Positions 38,048 to 48,903 are shown, counted from the first letter of the stretch. The stretch: DNA of 64,000 bases from Bacteroidota bacterium (GCA_023387375.1 JAEWIE010000040.1:41993-105992); one strand, 5' to 3'. Notes: generated from the letters alone by a model not told the origin. A program made the numbers and translations.

Positions 38048-38754
38048 AGCATTTTAATTTCCTTGTGATAAAACCGCTTTTCTCCCTCATTTTCTAAATC
38101 CACGATAAGCTCTCCCTGAGAATTTGCTGATTTAATTATGCCATTTTGGCGCAAGCCCTCAATTTCAAAAACACCGACCTCATCCTTTTTGAACAAATGA
38201 GCGTTGTAAGACTCTAAAATCGCCTCCTCACATGGAAAGTTTAGTAGGTGGTGAAACAGATACTCATTTAAGAGTTGCGCTGTTTCATGTAGGTCGAATT
38301 CCTGCCCAGATTGCGTCCAGAGCGACCCTGCAGATGGCAACGCTGTGAAATTCCTTTGCCGTACATTAATACCCACGCCGAGTATAAAATACCCCTCCTT
38401 GTTTATACGCCTCTTTTCAATTAAGATCCCTCCCACTTTCTTCTTCTGAAGAATTAAATCGTTTGGCCATTTGATTAGAGCCTCGGATTGGGTCAATTTG
38501 GCAAGAAACTGTCTAAAGGTTTCCGCGGTATGATAATTGAGCAACGTTTCACTAAGTGAAATTAATTTCGACGGGTGCGCTAGGGAAAAAGCCAGATTTT
38601 GATCTACCTGAGTATCCCACGAATTGCCATACTGGCCGCGTCCACTAGTTTGATTAAAGGTATAAACACTAAGTGAGCGTGAAGGACTGGAAAGGAAATT
38701 TTCGATGGCATCATTCGTAGAAAGGCAGGACGCCAAATAATAGAGCGGGAACAT
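38041..38754 (-). CDS. birA: biotin--[acetyl-CoA-carboxylase] ligase (group I, no HTH)
   Basis: QTSGRGQYGNSWDT and KWPNDL motifs. 237 aa. Confidence 0.85.
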   Translation of the reverse strand: MFPLYYLASCLSTNDAIENFLSSPSRSLSVYTFNQTSGRGQYGNSWDTQVDQNLAFSLAHPSKLISLSETLLNYHTAETFRQFLAKLTQSEALIKWPNDLILQKKKVGGILIEKRRINKEGYFILGVGINVRQRNFTALPSAGSLWTQSGQEFDLHETAQLLNEYLFHHLLNFPCEEAILESYNAHLFKKDEVGVFEIEGLRQNGIIKSANSQGELIVDLENEGEKRFYHKEIKMLY

Positions 38755-38813
38755 TTATGAAACTTTATGAGATTAAAACCCTCCTTAGAGCGCTGAAAGT
38801 AAACAAAAAACAA

Positions 38814-38821
38814 TAAATTTG
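38814..38821 (+). promoter_or_regulatory. -7 promoter box (TAnnTTTG) upstream of rsfS
   Basis: TAAATTTG lies 21 nt upstream of the ATG at 38842. Confidence 0.4.
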
Positions 38822-38841
38822 CAGATTAGACCAATTTTTGA

Positions 38842-39204
38842 ATGAGTAAAAATACACAAAAGCAACAACTTATAGACAAAATCGTCGAGGCGATTCAAGA
38901 TACCAAAGGGGAAGATATTAAAATTTTTGACCTCACTGGAATTGAAAACTCTGTCGCAGAAACCTTCATTCTCTGCAGTGCGAATTCAAATACTCAAGTG
39001 AATGCCATCTCTGGCAATGTGGAAAAGAAAGTCCGAAATGAACTAGGCGAACGTCCTTGGCATGTCGAGGGGACTGACAATGCACTTTGGGTACTTATGG
39101 ACTATGTTTCTGTTGTCGTGCATGTATTCCAAAGACAAACCCGTGAATACTATGAAATCGAAGAACTATGGGGGGATGCCAAGATTACAAGCATCGAAGA
39201 TTAA
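38842..39204 (+). CDS. rsfS: ribosome silencing factor RsfS
   Basis: 120 aa. KGEDIKIFDL...FILCSANSNTQV...W.LMDY..VVVHVF pattern of the RsfS/iojap family. Confidence 0.88.
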   Translation: MSKNTQKQQLIDKIVEAIQDTKGEDIKIFDLTGIENSVAETFILCSANSNTQVNAISGNVEKKVRNELGERPWHVEGTDNALWVLMDYVSVVVHVFQRQTREYYEIEELWGDAKITSIED

Positions 39205-39247
39205 TTAACAAAAAGGAACTTATTCCCTACAAATAAGATCATTAAGA

Positions 39248-41272
39248 ATGAAAAATAAAGGATTTAACTGGTTTTTTCCAATCGCGATAGCGGTGGTGCT
39301 GTTTCTCTTTTTACAGCCCATGTTCAGCTCTAGCGAAGGATCCAAACTAGACGAAGAGCGATTTTATGAGCTCGTAAAAGAGGGCAAGGTAAAAGATGTC
39401 TTGGTTTACACCGACATCAGTAAAGCCGATGTCTTTCTAACCAAAGAGGCAAAAGCAGAACTTGCAAAAAATGGCAAAGCACAGAATCCGAGCCCTTTTG
39501 AAATGCTCAGTCCTCAAACAGGACCTGACTATACATTTGCCTATGGAGACAAAACAATTCTCTTAGAAACCTACCGAGACCTTAAAAAGGCCGACCCTTC
39601 CATTGCAACAACGATGGATTATACCACGGCTAAAAATCCGATTTCGGATTTATTTGTGACGATCCTAATTTGGGTGGCTGTTCTCGGACTGTTTTACTTC
39701 TTCCTCTTTAGAAGAATGGGAGGCGGAGGCGGAGGTCCTGGCGGACAGATTTTCTCCATTGGTAAATCGAAAGCCAAACTTTTCGACGAAAAAGACAAAA
39801 TACAAGTTACTTTTAAGGACGTAGCAGGTTTAGAAGGAGCTAAAGAAGAAGTCCAAGAAGTAGTAGACTTTTTAAAGAACTCCGATAAATACACAAGACT
39901 AGGGGGTAAAATTCCAAAAGGTGTCCTCTTAGTAGGCCCTCCGGGAACAGGAAAAACTCTTCTTGCCAAAGCTGTTGCTGGTGAAGCAAAAGTGCCCTTT
40001 TTCTCACTATCAGGATCTGATTTTGTGGAGATGTTTGTAGGAGTAGGAGCCTCTCGAGTTAGAGATTTATTTGCCCAGGCAAAAGCAAAATCTCCAGCCA
40101 TTATTTTCATTGATGAAATTGATGCAATTGGACGAGCAAGAGGAAAAGGAAACATCACGGGAGGGAATGATGAAAGGGAAAACACCTTGAACCAACTCCT
40201 AACTGAGATGGACGGTTTTGGAACGGACACCAATGTGATAGTAATGGCTGCCACCAACCGCGCAGATATTCTCGACAAAGCTCTTATGAGAGCAGGTCGT
40301 TTTGACCGCTCCATTTATGTGGACCTTCCAGAGCTTCATGAAAGAAGACAAATCTTTGATGTACATTTGGCAAAAATCAAACTTGACCCTAATGTAGATC
40401 GGGATTTCTTAGCCAAACAAACGCCTGGGTTTAGTGGTGCTGACATTGCAAATGTATGTAACGAAGCAGCGCTAATTGCAGCTAGAAATAACCATGATAC
40501 CGTTACAAAACAAGACTTCCTTGATGCTGTTGACCGTATTATTGGAGGACTTGAGAAGAAAAACAAAGCCATTAAACCTTCTGAAAAGAAAAGAGTGGCC
40601 TTCCACGAAGCGGGACACGCTGCCATTTCATGGCTCGTAGAACACGCTGCCCCTCTACTTAAAGTGACTATCGTACCAAGAGGTCGATCTTTAGGCGCAG
40701 CTTGGTATTTACCAGAAGAGCGTTCTCTTACCACTACAGAGCAGATGTATGACGAGATCTGTGCAACGCTAGGGGGTAGAGCCGCGGAGCAAACGGTCTT
40801 TGGAAACATTTCAACCGGAGCTCTCTCTGATTTAGAAAGAGTAACTAAGCAGGCCCAAGCCATGGTAACGGTTTATGGTCTTAACGAACGAGTAGGAAAT
40901 ATTTCATACTATGATAGTTCAGGCCAGAGCGAATATTCTTTCGGGAAACCTTATTCAGAGCAAACGGCGAAAACCATTGATGAAGAAATTTCTAAAATCA
41001 TTGAACTTCAGTACAGCCGTGCTCTTCAGATTTTAAGTGATAACCGGGATAAACTTGACGCCCTCGCTGGAAAACTCCTAGAGAAGGAGGTTATTTTCCG
41101 AGAAGACTTAGAAGAGATTTTCGGCAAAAGAGCCTGGGATCCAGAACTTACGGAACAGCCACTTCAAGTAGCTGAAGAAAATAAAAAAGAGGATGTACAG
41201 CCTATTTCTACCCCTTCGAGTGAAGTAGAGCATGAGGCACCAGAGGCGCCCTCCTCGGAGATTCCCTCCTAA
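39248..41272 (+). CDS. ftsH: ATP-dependent zinc metalloprotease FtsH
   Basis: Walker A GPPGTGKT, Walker [12 protein letters not shown] region, zinc motif HEAGHA. Confidence 0.97.
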   Translation: MKNKGFNWFFPIAIAVVLFLFLQPMFSSSEGSKLDEERFYELVKEGKVKDVLVYTDISKADVFLTKEAKAELAKNGKAQNPSPFEMLSPQTGPDYTFAYGDKTILLETYRDLKKADPSIATTMDYTTAKNPISDLFVTILIWVAVLGLFYFFLFRRMGGGGGGPGGQIFSIGKSKAKLFDEKDKIQVTFKDVAGLEGAKEEVQEVVDFLKNSDKYTRLGGKIPKGVLLVGPPGTGKTLLAKAVAGEAKVPFFSLSGSDFVEMFVGVGASRVRDLFAQAKAKSPAIIFIDEIDAIGRARGKGNITGGNDERENTLNQLLTEMDGFGTDTNVIVMAATNRADILDKALMRAGRFDRSIYVDLPELHERRQIFDVHLAKIKLDPNVDRDFLAKQTPGFSGADIANVCNEAALIAARNNHDTVTKQDFLDAVDRIIGGLEKKNKAIKPSEKKRVAFHEAGHAAISWLVEHAAPLLKVTIVPRGRSLGAAWYLPEERSLTTTEQMYDEICATLGGRAAEQTVFGNISTGALSDLERVTKQAQAMVTVYGLNERVGNISYYDSSGQSEYSFGKPYSEQTAKTIDEEISKIIELQYSRALQILSDNRDKLDALAGKLLEKEVIFREDLEEIFGKRAWDPELTEQPLQVAEENKKEDVQPISTPSSEVEHEAPEAPSSEIPS

Positions 41273-41280
41273 TTAAACAC

Positions 41281-41325
41281 AAAATCCTGACCTTAGAATT
41301 TACTTTCGGTCAGGATTTTGCTATT
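41281..41325 (+). terminator. intrinsic terminator after ftsH
   Basis: 12-bp stem AAAATCCTGACC (41281-41292) / GGTCAGGATTTT (41308-41319). Confidence 0.7.
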
Positions 41326-41351
41326 TATACGATTCAATAAAATATAATTTC

Positions 41352-41359
41352 TATTTTTG
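41352..41359 (+). promoter_or_regulatory. -7 promoter box (TAnnTTTG) upstream of the LUD-domain gene
   Basis: TATTTTTG lies 33 nt upstream of the GTG at 41392. Confidence 0.35.
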
Positions 41360-41391
41360 TATTCTATAATTGATAAATCCATACAGTATAC

Positions 41392-41973
41392 GTGAGCTTA
41401 TTTAGGAAATTTGTAGGAAAAATTCTTAATCAGCCTGAAGTTGATGATGAGAACGATCTGGTAAAATTAGGAGACCAGTTAAAGCATGCGGATTTGGATT
41501 ACAAGTTCGCGCAGCTTTTCACACACTCGGGAGGCTACTTTAATTATTGCCAAGACGAAGCAGAGGCTTTGCAGATTCTTAACCAGATTTTGAAACTCGA
41601 GGACATTCATTCTGTCTTTTGCTGTGATGAGGATTTAAAGAATTTTTTGGACGTCGTTAAAGTTCCTTACGACAAATCACTCGAATCGTTCCACGATGCG
41701 GCCTTTATCACTTGTGAGTATCTTATCGCATACGATGGGCGCATTATGCTCTCTCACAACAATATTCTTCATTACCATTCCTCTAGACTTCCCGAAAAGA
41801 TTATTATAATGGCGAACGTTTCACAAATTGTGACCAACCTAGGAGACGCCATGATGAAAGTAAAACGCAGAGGTACCCTCAAGAACCTTACCTCTATTAG
41901 TGGGGGACATTCGAAACTAGATCATGCGGGAAAAGACAATACAAAACTTTTCTTACTTTTACTCGAAGATTAA
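41392..41973 (+). CDS. LUD domain-containing protein (LutC/YkgG-like)
   Basis: 193 aa. Position between ftsH and cdsA is typical of Flavobacteriia. The family call is by pattern and context only. Confidence 0.6.
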   Translation: MSLFRKFVGKILNQPEVDDENDLVKLGDQLKHADLDYKFAQLFTHSGGYFNYCQDEAEALQILNQILKLEDIHSVFCCDEDLKNFLDVVKVPYDKSLESFHDAAFITCEYLIAYDGRIMLSHNNILHYHSSRLPEKIIIMANVSQIVTNLGDAMMKVKRRGTLKNLTSISGGHSKLDHAGKDNTKLFLLLLED

Positions 41974-42007
41974 ATTCTTTTAATTTTTAATCTCAAACAG
42001 AACAAAA

Positions 42008-42871
42008 TTGGATAAAAATTTAATTCAAAGGCTGATCTCAGGATTAGTGTATGGTCTAATTATCATACTTTGCACAACTCCCTTAGGGCAGAGCCTCTTA
42101 GAGCCCCTTGCCCCTAAAGTTCGTCAGCATCATTTGTATTTCGGCCTTATTGCTTTTTTTTTGTTAGCCAGCATTTGGGAATGCATCCGAATTCTAAAAA
42201 TCACCGAAGGATGGCAAAGAATCTTTGCCCTTCCTTTAAGCTTAGCCGTTTTCTACCTATTTGCAAAACGATATTTTGACCAAGGATTTTCGTTTGAACC
42301 GAATCCTTCCGAATCGATGGCCCTTTTTTTAATCCTTGTCGTTTGTCTTACTTTGTTTTTCTTCAAAAAAGAACTTAGTAACAATTCTGGGAAATTAGTT
42401 TTTACTGTGCTTTATACAGCCCTTCCCTTTGGATTTGCTTTAGGCCTCGTTCAATTTGCAAACGAACAGTTTACCTGGGAAGTATTTTGGCTTTTTGTTC
42501 TTATTTGGTCAAGCGATTCTTTTGCTTACTTTTCAGGCAAATTGTTTGGAAAACACAAAATGGCGCCCACCATCTCTCCGAAGAAAACCTGGGAGGGGTT
42601 CGCAGGAGGGGTTCTACTTACTTTGATTTTAGCTTATTTTATTGAATCGAATTTGCCTCAACTTCAAGGCAATTGGATCGTGGTTGGTCTTTTGGTCTCT
42701 ATCTTTGCTCCTCTAGGAGATTTAGTAGAAAGCCAACTAAAACGAAATTTCAATGTCAAGGATAGCGGATTCTTAATCCCAGGTCATGGCGGGGTGCTCG
42801 ATAGGCTCGATAGCTTTATTATTTGTGCGCCTGTGGTATATATTTACTTCTTACTTAATCAACTTTTATAA
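42008..42871 (+). CDS. cdsA: phosphatidate cytidylyltransferase
   Basis: Signature SQLKRNFNVKDSGFLIPGHGGVLDRLDS. Polytopic. TTG start. Confidence 0.92.
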   Translation: MDKNLIQRLISGLVYGLIIILCTTPLGQSLLEPLAPKVRQHHLYFGLIAFFLLASIWECIRILKITEGWQRIFALPLSLAVFYLFAKRYFDQGFSFEPNPSESMALFLILVVCLTLFFFKKELSNNSGKLVFTVLYTALPFGFALGLVQFANEQFTWEVFWLFVLIWSSDSFAYFSGKLFGKHKMAPTISPKKTWEGFAGGVLLTLILAYFIESNLPQLQGNWIVVGLLVSIFAPLGDLVESQLKRNFNVKDSGFLIPGHGGVLDRLDSFIICAPVVYIYFLLNQLL

Positions 42872-42879
42872 TATCTACT

Positions 42880-43545
42880 ATGAAACTGCATAAAGAATCT
42901 AAAGGCACTATACTTGTTGCCACGTTACTTTTCGTGATCATCGCGATTCTCGTGATTTATTTTCTAAAGCAGTGGTCTCTGCTTATTATCATTCCTCTTT
43001 TAGTTCTCTATGGGCTTGTGTTTTGGTTCTTCCGGGTACCCCATCGTGTACTAGCAGATCAAGAACTCTCCATCGTAGCGCCTGTGGATGGTAAAGTGGT
43101 CATGATTAAAGAAGTAGATGAATCTGAGTTCTTAAAGCAAAAAGCAATTCAAATCTCGATTTTCATGTCGCCACTCAATGTGCATATTTGTCGATATCCC
43201 GTTTCTGGAAAGGTTATTTATAAAAAATATCATCCTGGAAAATACCTCGTCGCATGGCATGAGAAATCCTCGATCGAAAACGAAAGAACCACGGTGGCCG
43301 TAGAAACACCTGCAAATCATCAGATTGTTTTTCGACAAATTGCGGGATATGTCGCTCGAAGAATTGTTTTTTACTGTCAGGTTGGTGATAGCGCAAAAGC
43401 AGGAGAAGAATTTGGATTCATTAAATTCGGATCTAGAATGGATGTGTTTTTACCGTTAGATTCAGAAATACTCTGTAAGATTGGAGACAAAACCAAAGGC
43501 GGCGTCGATCTCATTGCTCAACTATCCAAATCGGAATCCCACTAG
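42880..43545 (+). CDS. psd: phosphatidylserine decarboxylase proenzyme
   Basis: Self-cleavage motif FGSRMD near the C-terminus. N-terminal TM segments. 221 aa. Confidence 0.9.
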   Translation: MKLHKESKGTILVATLLFVIIAILVIYFLKQWSLLIIIPLLVLYGLVFWFFRVPHRVLADQELSIVAPVDGKVVMIKEVDESEFLKQKAIQISIFMSPLNVHICRYPVSGKVIYKKYHPGKYLVAWHEKSSIENERTTVAVETPANHQIVFRQIAGYVARRIVFYCQVGDSAKAGEEFGFIKFGSRMDVFLPLDSEILCKIGDKTKGGVDLIAQLSKSESH

Positions 43546-43680
43546 GCTTATTCACTAGTTTTTACAAGTAGTCCCTGTTCTAATTTGGGCAGAAATCCAC
43601 CTATCTAAAAGTCAAATTTTAGCTTTGCAAGAAATTATTTTAGTTTTTTTTTGTACCTTTTAAACCAAAATTCTTCTTCT

Positions 43681-44247
43681 ATGAAATTGCTAAGACTTTT
43701 TGGCTATAGCGCCGCATTTCTTTTTCTACTTGCTTCCTGCACGCAGGACTTAAACCAGCAAAAACTAGAGCTTCAAAAGCGCGAAATGGCACTCAAAGAA
43801 AAAGAAAACGCATTTGCTTTAAAACAAGCCGACTACCAACTTCTTTCCCAAATGCGAGACTCTATTGTTAGTTCCCGTGACTCGCTTGATATTCATCCTA
43901 AATTACAGCTCATCGAGGGCAAATGGAAAGGAAAGATTGTTTGTACCGAAAGTAACTGTCCTGAGTACGTTGTAGGAGACACACGAATAGACGATTGGCA
44001 ATTGGAAGTTGTCGGTGGAATCGTGACGGCAAAGAACTTGAACAAATCAGGTTTTATTCGGGTGTACAAAGGAGGGATTGAAAACAATCAACTCAAACTA
44101 AATTACCGCAGTCCAGCGAATGCGGAGAAGATCCTAAATATTGAGATCGTATTTCCCGATCTAAATGCAAGCAATCTTTCGGGTTCTCGTAATGTACAAA
44201 TCGACGGGAACTGCCAAAGTAAATACACCATTGAACTTACACGATAA
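43681..44247 (+). CDS. hypothetical lipoprotein
   Basis: MKLLRLFGYSAAFLFLLASC lipobox, then a coiled-coil segment and a beta-rich domain. ATG at 43681 preferred over the TTG at 43651. Confidence 0.55.
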   Translation: MKLLRLFGYSAAFLFLLASCTQDLNQQKLELQKREMALKEKENAFALKQADYQLLSQMRDSIVSSRDSLDIHPKLQLIEGKWKGKIVCTESNCPEYVVGDTRIDDWQLEVVGGIVTAKNLNKSGFIRVYKGGIENNQLKLNYRSPANAEKILNIEIVFPDLNASNLSGSRNVQIDGNCQSKYTIELTR

Positions 44248-44258
44248 GCTGAATTTTT

Positions 44259-46400
44259 ATGCTCACAATTTTAAGTGCAGGACACTTCAGTATTCCTATT
44301 GAGGATCCCTTACTCAAGTTTTTAGTCATTCTTATTATTATATTAGCTGCGCCTCTTCTTTTAAACAAGATCAAGGTGCCTCATTTAATAGGGCTTATTA
44401 TTGCGGGTGCACTCATTGGTCCCAATGGATTCGGAGTGCTTCCCCGAGATGCGAGCGTTGTCGTGATTGGAACCACCGGTATTTTGTTTATTATGTTTAT
44501 GGCAGGTCTTGAGATCGACCTCACAGAATTCAAAAAAAACAAATGGAAAAGCCTAGGGTTTGGTGGATATACGTTCATTATACCTTTTACTCTAGGAATG
44601 TTTGCTGCACACTTTTTTCTTGGTTTTAGTTGGATGACATCCATTTTATTTGCGAGTTTATTCTCCTCTCATACATTAATATCCTATCCTATTGTTAGCA
44701 AATTGGGAATAACAAAAAACAAGGCCGTCAACATAACCGTGGGAGGAACGATGATTACGGACATTCTTGCGCTTCTTGTGCTTGCTGTTATTGTAGGTAT
44801 GTCCCAAGGCGAAGTAAACCAAGCCTTTTGGATGCGTCTTGGAATCTCAATTGTCATTTTTGGTGCCGTCGTATTAATTGGATTTCCCATTATAGGTCGT
44901 TGGTTTTTCAAAAAAGTAGATGATAAAGTCTCTCATTTCATTTTCGTGATGGTAATGATTTATTTGGCGGGACTATTTGCGGAACTAGCTGGCGTAGAGG
45001 CGATCATTGGTGCTTTCTTAGCTGGACTTGCACTCAACCGCCTTATTCCTCATACCTCTACATTAATGAATCGTATCGACTTTGTCGGCAACGCCTTATT
45101 CATTCCGTTTTTCCTTATTTCTGTTGGAATGATCATCGATTTTCAAGCCTTTATTAAAGACTTCGAAACGATAAAAGTCGCACTCGTAATGACCGTACTT
45201 GCCATTGGAGGAAAATACCTTGCGGCCATGGCAACGAAAAAGACTTTTAAAATGACCGACGATGAAGGCAATATGGTATTTGGACTATCCACTGCGTCTG
45301 CAGCGGCCACGCTTGCCGCGGTTATGGTAGGATACAACGTTATCTTAGGTGAAACGGATTCTGGAGAACCCATCAGGCTTTTGAACGAAAGCATTTTAAA
45401 CGGAAGTATTCTTCTTATCCTAATCTCTTGTACGGTTTCCTCTTTTGTGTCGCTTAGAAGTGCCACCAATATCTATGAGAAGGAAAGCGAAGAGAACATC
45501 TCGGATGACAATGCAGGTGAAGAGAGAATTCTCTTAGCACTTAATTACCCAGAAACGGTCGAACCTATGACCAATTTAGCGCTGCTTGTAAAATCCAGAT
45601 CTAACAAAGATCACCTTTATGCACTTAATGTGATTAACGAAGAAATGAATGAATCTTCGGACAAAAATGCAGACAAACTTTTGCATACAGCAGCAAATAT
45701 TGCCACAGGAGCTGAGATTCTAATTGCCACTCTAAAAAGACACGATTCGGATATCATCAATGGAATCAACAATGAGATAAAAGAGCATAAAATTACAGAT
45801 TTAATCATTGGTGTGGACAATACGAAAGGATTTAGTTCGTCTTTCGTTTACAATCTTTACAATGGATATTTGAGCAATTCCTCCACCAATGTGATGGTGT
45901 ATCATAGTGTACAACCTACAGCTACGATTCATACCTATCACACAGTGATTCCAGACCTCGCACCCAAGGAACAGGGCTTTTTCAAATCCCTACTTAAAAT
46001 ATGGAATCTAGCTCGACATTCGGGTGCACAAATGGTCTTTTACAGCAGTGAAAACACGATCAAACTTCTAGAGAAGATCCAGAAGAAAGCAGCAATCGAA
46101 TCCGAGTTTATCGTCTTTACCAATTGGAATGACCTCCCTAAAATTGCAGAGAAAATGAAAGCGGACGAAGGGCTCATTCTAATGATGAGCATAAGAGGTC
46201 AGGCTTCTTATATTAAGGAAATGGCTAAGGTACCGAACTTCCTTCATGACAAATGCATGAAGATGAATTATCTGTTACTGTATCCAGCCACAGAATCCGA
46301 CCAGCCTACTACCCTTCGATCCTACGCGAACCGTCGAAGTCATCACAATCTAGAGGATTACAGTGAAATTGGGAATATGATTGGAAAGCTATTTAAGTAA
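44259..46400 (+). CDS. cation:proton antiporter (CPA2/Kef-type) with a C-terminal soluble extension of about 300 aa
   Basis: About 400 aa of Na+/H+-exchanger-like TM helices (GLIIAGALIGPNGFG, FIMFMAGLE), followed by a non-membrane region. Confidence 0.85.
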   Translation: MLTILSAGHFSIPIEDPLLKFLVILIIILAAPLLLNKIKVPHLIGLIIAGALIGPNGFGVLPRDASVVVIGTTGILFIMFMAGLEIDLTEFKKNKWKSLGFGGYTFIIPFTLGMFAAHFFLGFSWMTSILFASLFSSHTLISYPIVSKLGITKNKAVNITVGGTMITDILALLVLAVIVGMSQGEVNQAFWMRLGISIVIFGAVVLIGFPIIGRWFFKKVDDKVSHFIFVMVMIYLAGLFAELAGVEAIIGAFLAGLALNRLIPHTSTLMNRIDFVGNALFIPFFLISVGMIIDFQAFIKDFETIKVALVMTVLAIGGKYLAAMATKKTFKMTDDEGNMVFGLSTASAAATLAAVMVGYNVILGETDSGEPIRLLNESILNGSILLILISCTVSSFVSLRSATNIYEKESEENISDDNAGEERILLALNYPETVEPMTNLALLVKSRSNKDHLYALNVINEEMNESSDKNADKLLHTAANIATGAEILIATLKRHDSDIINGINNEIKEHKITDLIIGVDNTKGFSSSFVYNLYNGYLSNSSTNVMVYHSVQPTATIHTYHTVIPDLAPKEQGFFKSLLKIWNLARHSGAQMVFYSSENTIKLLEKIQKKAAIESEFIVFTNWNDLPKIAEKMKADEGLILMMSIRGQASYIKEMAKVPNFLHDKCMKMNYLLLYPATESDQPTTLRSYANRRSHHNLEDYSEIGNMIGKLFK

Positions 46401-46404
46401 TATT

Positions 46405-48246
46405 CTAACCCGTAAAATTCTGCAATTCTACTAGTTTGTAATAAACACCCTGCTTTTCTAATAGTTCCGCGTGCGTTCCTGTTTCCACAATTTGGCCTTT
46501 GTCCATCACGACGATTGTGTCTGCCTTTTGAATGGTGGAAAGACGGTGGGCAATAATAAGAGAGGTTCTGTTTTCCATCATTTTGTCTAAGGCATCTTGA
46601 ACCATTCGCTCGCTTTCTGTATCGAGTGCACTAGTAGCCTCATCAAGAATCATGATAGGTGGATTTTTAAGTACCGCCCTTGCAATGGATACTCTTTGCT
46701 TTTGCCCTCCTGAGAGCTTTGATCCGTCATCTCCAATATTGGTCTGATAGCCCTCTGCAAACTGAGTTATAAACAAATGCGCATTGGCAACTTTTGCTGC
46801 CGCAATGACTTCCTGTTCGCTTGCTTCAGGTTTGCCCATTAGAATATTATTGTACACGGTATCGTTGAAAAGAACAGATTCTTGGGTAACCATTCCTAGT
46901 AAATTCCGATAAGGTTCTAATTGCAAATCCTTCACGTTCACCCCGTCTACTAGAATTGCTCCTTGCTGCACATCGTAGAAACGTGCAAGCAAATTGGCCA
47001 CCGTTGTTTTACCACTTCCTGATTGCCCCACAAGAGCTACCGTACTTCCCTTTTCTAGCACCAAGCTAAAGTCTTTTAAAATGGGATGATTAGAGTCGTA
47101 ATAAAAAGATATATTTTGAAATTCTATTTTGTCTTTCAACTCTTTAATCGGCTGCGCATTTAAAGACTCCTCTACTTTTAAATCATAATCTAAAACTTCA
47201 GAGACTCGATCCATACTAGCCATACCCCCCTGGATATTAGAGAACGCATTTGAAAGCTTTTTAGCGGGTTCTAAAATCTGGAAAAAAATGGCAATAAAAA
47301 CCAAAAAGGTTTCAGGATCCATTGAGTCTTGATTGAGGATTTGATAGCCAGCAAACCAAGTAATAAGTAAAATGGTGACAGAGCCTAAAAATTCACTCAT
47401 AGGTGAGGCGAGCTCCCTTCTGCGACTCATTCCAATGGTATGCGTTTGCCATTGGAGTGTCGTTTTATCAAAACGTCTGTTCAATATTTTATCCGCATTG
47501 AAAATCTTAATTACTTTGGAAGACTTCAGTGTCTCATCAACCAATGAAAATAAATTACCAAGCTCCTCCTGCGCCGCGGTCGCTTTTCTTTTCAGACTCT
47601 TTCCTACACTTGAAATGAGCCAGCCCATGACGGGAAAAACTAGGAGGGAGAACAAAGTGAGATTAGGAGAAAGTAAAAACAAAGTGACAAGCGAAGTAAT
47701 AATCATAAAAGGGGCATTTACGACATCTACTAAACTACCCATCACGCCGCTCTCTACGGCGCCAATATCATTTGAAATACGAGACATCATATCTCCTTTT
47801 CTCTTCTCTGTAAAAAAGGAAACAGGAAGCTTCAAAAATTTACGATACATAGCAGAGCGCAAATCTTTCGTGATTCCAACTCTATAATTCACAAGTAAAA
47901 AAGCACCTAAATAGCGGAAAATGTTCCGAAGCAAAAACGCAAATGCCGTCACGGCGCAAAGTATTGCTAGAACCTGAACCGCTCCATTTTGGTCGATCTG
48001 CACCTGAATATGGTAATAAGCTAAATCTTTTAGATAACTAAAATAATCTCCAAATTCTCCACTGTAAATAGGTTTCGCACTTACATCTACACGGTCCATC
48101 GTGCCGAACATCAGGCCTAAGATAGGAAGCATGGTGGCCACTGAAAAAATATTCAGAACCGAGTAAAGGATATTAAAGAAGATACTTAGATACAGAAATC
48201 GCTTATGTGGACCTGCAAAATACAAGATTCTTTGTAGTGGCTTCAT
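46405..48246 (-). CDS. ABC transporter ATP-binding protein/permease (MsbA-like exporter)
   Basis: Six-TM domain plus Walker A GQSGSGKTT, signature LSGGQKQR and Walker B ILDEATSALD. ATG at 48246 preferred over the GTG at 48273. Confidence 0.9.
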   Translation of the reverse strand: MKPLQRILYFAGPHKRFLYLSIFFNILYSVLNIFSVATMLPILGLMFGTMDRVDVSAKPIYSGEFGDYFSYLKDLAYYHIQVQIDQNGAVQVLAILCAVTAFAFLLRNIFRYLGAFLLVNYRVGITKDLRSAMYRKFLKLPVSFFTEKRKGDMMSRISNDIGAVESGVMGSLVDVVNAPFMIITSLVTLFLLSPNLTLFSLLVFPVMGWLISSVGKSLKRKATAAQEELGNLFSLVDETLKSSKVIKIFNADKILNRRFDKTTLQWQTHTIGMSRRRELASPMSEFLGSVTILLITWFAGYQILNQDSMDPETFLVFIAIFFQILEPAKKLSNAFSNIQGGMASMDRVSEVLDYDLKVEESLNAQPIKELKDKIEFQNISFYYDSNHPILKDFSLVLEKGSTVALVGQSGSGKTTVANLLARFYDVQQGAILVDGVNVKDLQLEPYRNLLGMVTQESVLFNDTVYNNILMGKPEASEQEVIAAAKVANAHLFITQFAEGYQTNIGDDGSKLSGGQKQRVSIARAVLKNPPIMILDEATSALDTESERMVQDALDKMMENRTSLIIAHRLSTIQKADTIVVMDKGQIVETGTHAELLEKQGVYYKLVELQNFTG

Positions 48247-48468
48247 ACTTGAAATTAAGCTACAAAAATACACATTTCTATGGAGTTCGCTTCCCTGCTA
48301 TGAAAAAGGGATTCTATTCCCTTCAATTCAATTACGCCTGTCTTAGGACCCCTTGACAAATAAAGCTCTCTCCCCGAGAGGAAGTAGAAATCCATCCGAG
48401 TATAGAAACGAAAAAGCTGCCCCCAAATCAGAGACAGCTTCTTACACTCTAAAAAAATCGTTGTTTGG

Positions 48469-48858
48469 CTACCTTAGTCGATCTACAGATTTTACGAGCT
48501 TCTCATCTTTACGTATGTAATGGTTTGCGATAAGCAAACAAATTACACTCAGTAAAGGGAAAATAGGCTCAATACCTTTCTCAGGAAATGCAATTCCTCC
48601 AGATAAATTGAGTAAACCGTACACAAGTACACCGATCAACAAAACGTTTATAATGATGCTGATATAATTCAGCAGCAATTGTCTTAATCTTGACTTAAAA
48701 TTAAAAATGGAAAACAATCCCAGTAGAACTAGCACGATTGCGGCCCCACTTACAAACCCGTCAAATAATATAGTATTCAGATCTTGAGCCGTCACGAACA
48801 AAAACGCGCTGCCAAGAACCGAAAGTAACATCCAAACCGATTGAATTCGCTGTAACAT
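48469..48858 (-). CDS. DUF4293 family membrane protein
   Basis: Four-TM small protein divergent from rho. Start set to the ATG at 48858 (MLQRIQSVWMLL...). Confidence 0.65.
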   Translation of the reverse strand: MLQRIQSVWMLLSVLGSAFLFVTAQDLNTILFDGFVSGAAIVLVLLGLFSIFNFKSRLRQLLLNYISIIINVLLIGVLVYGLLNLSGGIAFPEKGIEPIFPLLSVICLLIANHYIRKDEKLVKSVDRLR

Positions 48859-48903
48859 GAGGCAAAAATAGTAATTTTTTTTTGCATTTTTTAAAAAAAA
48901 ATG

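Noticed and set aside
39694-40863. Two long antisense ORFs (206 aa and 175 aa) inside ftsH
   Set aside because: They lie fully within a high-confidence ftsH coding region on the opposite strand. Their translations are low-complexity (Pro/Ser/Ala-rich) with no recognisable motifs. This is typical of shadow ORFs.
47372-47887. 171-aa ORF antisense to the ABC exporter gene
   Set aside because: It is a shadow ORF within a gene carrying clear Walker and ABC signature motifs on the other strand.
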